Part shown: positions 61,585 through 64,000 of the stretch, one piece after another
Layout of the letters: every line of letters begins with the position of its first letter
Position numbering within the stretch: position 1 is the stretch's first letter
NCBI GenBank assembly: GCA_043228905.1
Contig: JBHGNT010000008.1
Location: 6,386,001 to 6,450,000, forward strand
Direction: 5' to 3'
Origin: Azolla caroliniana
Lineage: Eukaryota > Plantae > Polypodiophyta
Length of the DNA stretch: 64,000 nucleotides
Program-made: the position numbers and the translations under genes
The notes under the pieces: generated by a model
The model's database searches: none
Seen by the model: only the letters and a program-made list of their open reading frames with translations
What the model was told of the DNA's origin: nothing

Positions 61585-61585
61585 T
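61277..61585 (-). mobile_element. Copia C gag start, PBS (61491-61501) and 5' LTR edge (61502 onward)
   Basis: MNTQIGSTLPIEKLNKNNFASWEYKMHQY, PBS TGGTATCAAAG, LTR edge matching 44587 onward. Confidence 0.85.
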
Positions 61586-64000
61586 AGATAGATAGCTTAT
61601 ATTATCGTCTTCGGAGGTCAAATATGACCTATGAGACCAAAAATATTACATTTCACATGATACGTGTGAAAGTGAGTAGTGACTCTCGATGTTCAAGAAC
61701 TTTATCAATGAATGTTGCAATCGAGAGTGCACATTGTGGTTGTGAGAGGAATTCATGCAAGGATTGGGCTTGGTCGAAGAGATGTGGAAAGCATGGTCGA
61801 ATATGATCAAAGGCAGAGCATTGTATCAAAGTGTGATACTCAGACTGACGAATTTGTTTAGGGAAAAGTGTGCATATCTGATCACTCTCATCACTTGTGC
61901 CCCAACACCCTGTTTCACATTGGAATGCATGTGAGCTAAGTCACATGGAAGCAATAGTTCAACTAGCAGATAACGGTATGGGCTCTAACATGTATCGATG
62001 TGTACGATTTCCCCGTTCCACAAAAAATATGGTTTTGTAGTTAGGTGCAACCTATGCAGTATAATGTGTGAAGCGTGAGCCTCCACATTTGTCCCATGTC
62101 ATGATACATTCGCGTTGTAAAATGGCCTCATTTACAGAGGAATCTAATGATGCATCATGAAGCAAGTGACTCGCATCCCATCTACCAAACCATTTTTCTA
62201 TATCTTGCATCCAACTAGAACACAAAATTTTGCTTTTATGCGTCTTTTGGATCTTTTTGCTTGCTTCCCACGCAATTCTAGAAAGTCGATGTGAGGGACT
62301 TTTTTGAACCTTAAGCATGTATTCAACAACCCTTTCCATGGCCATGATCTCAATGGGAAGCGATCTCGTCTCAAGGAGGAGGAGGGTGTAGGGTGTTTGT
62401 TTCTTAACTTGTAGAAACTTTGTAAGAAAATGTTTTTGGACATTTTCAAACTCTTTCCACATAGATTTAGGGATGCTACCGCCCCATACTTCCACTCCAT
62501 AGAGAAGAACTGGTGTCACCAAAGTGTCGAAAAGATATTTCTTGAGAACCCAACACTTAATATCTCCAAGATTGGATGTGTTCTCAAATGCATAGTATGC
62601 TCGCCTACCCGCCTCTAAGTGGCGTGTAACACATTCATTCCATCTATGATTTGAAGGAACTTTAAGGCCAAGATATTTGAAGCTTTCCACACATTCAAGT
62701 GGCTTATTGTTGTACATAATGCATGGTTTATTTCTTTTTTGGCTCTTCACAAGAATAATCTTTGTTTTAGAGCTATTGACACTTAATTTAGTATGAATGC
62801 AAAATTTTTCCAATGCCTTCATAAGCTTTTGTGCATCTCCTAAAGTATTTTCAAAAAGCACTACATCATCTACATATAGCAAACGCATAATCGCAACATT
62901 CCCAATGAAAACTTCTTCAACACATTATTCCTTTGCAAACTTGGTAACCATTTCTTCTAATTCATCAATGCATAGACCAAATAGTGCTGGCGAGAGTGGG
63001 CATCCTTTCTTAACACCAATAGTGCTTTTGAAAAAATCTGAATGTTTATCTCTCATGCACACACAACATATAACCTTCTCATAAATTCAGGAAATTGCAA
63101 GTATATATTCACTTGGCACCTCAAGTTCTTCCATTCGCCTCCAAAGATGCTCATGAGGTACCATATCAAAAGCTTTCTTGAAGTCTACAAAGCAACAATA
63201 TAAACCTTTACCTCTAAGGCGACTTTCCTCAATTAATACTCGACGGGTGATAAGGTGATCAATGGTGCTATGGTGTTTCCGAAAGTCAGCTTGTCCATAA
63301 GCTCTCTTACCATTTTTTTCAGCCCATTTACTTATCTTTGATTCCATTATACATCCAAATAGTTTTTCCATTAATGAGCCAACCATGATGGTTCGATAGT
63401 TGTTTACATTATTATATCTTTACCTTTATGTAAAGGTTTGATCCAATTTCTAGTCCAATGGTACGACATACCATGTTGCAATGCATCATTAAACATATCG
63501 CTTATCCATCCATATATGTGCTTCCTTTCCCGTCCATTTGAGCATTTCAGCCTTTATACATTGAAGATCGCTTGCCTTCCGTGAGGCCAATTTCTTAAGT
63601 CCTATGCATATATCTTCAATTGTAAAGAAGGGAGACATATGTGAAAGAGAACTATAACACATCATCTTTCCAACAAGAGATAACTCATATAAATTCTTAC
63701 AATGCATAGACAAGTTGTGAAGAGTTAAGTCACCATAACTCTAAACACGTTTCCTCTTTAGATTTCCCCAAAATTTAGCACATGCATGTGCTTTCTCTTG
63801 CGTTTGGATAAATTGTTGAGTAACTCCCCATATTCTTCTCTTTCTTTGAATAAGCCTTTTATACTCACGCAAATGCTTTTGGTAATTCTCTTTATCCTTA
63901 ACTACATCCAAAACCATAAGGCAATTTTGAGCTTCAAGACATTCTTGATCAAACCATTTTTTCCTAAGTTTCTTTGTGAATTTCCAAGATGTGCAGTTGG
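61583..64000 (-). mobile_element. Second LINE copy (3' part; continues beyond the window)
   Basis: RT (LLYVDD, GQADFRKHHSTIDH) and C-terminal region collinear with 45343-47708. Same (CTAT)n tail. Confidence 0.9.

Overview
Plant nuclear DNA, most likely from a non-seed land plant such as a fern (inferred from Tcn1-type chromoviruses). The only host gene is a trihelix (SIP1/ASIL-type) transcription factor at 715-2511(-), followed by about 8 kb of degenerate intergenic DNA. From 11.1 kb to the end the window is a deeply nested transposon stack. A copia shell (LTRs at about 11155 and 43540) contains: an intact, very young chromovirus (11855-17643); a second copia (18025-23118); a low-complexity block with a hammerhead ribozyme next to telomere-like repeats; and a second chromovirus that is itself split by a 9.9-kb non-chromovirus gypsy carrying an extra 3' ORF. 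Beyond 44.6 kb, two LTRs of a copia family each carry a LINE at the same (GA)n site, with further nested gypsy and copia pieces. Highlights: (1) two self-priming LTR families with dissimilar LTR sequence share one U3 design of outward-facing tRNA-like A/B boxes, a heat-shock-element array and a palindromic self-primer; (2) a Penelope-type hammerhead with a telomeric tract; (3) a conserved hairpin in place of the polypurine tract; (4) a conserved GUUAAAC -1 frameshift cassette. All calls were made by eye, without database searches.
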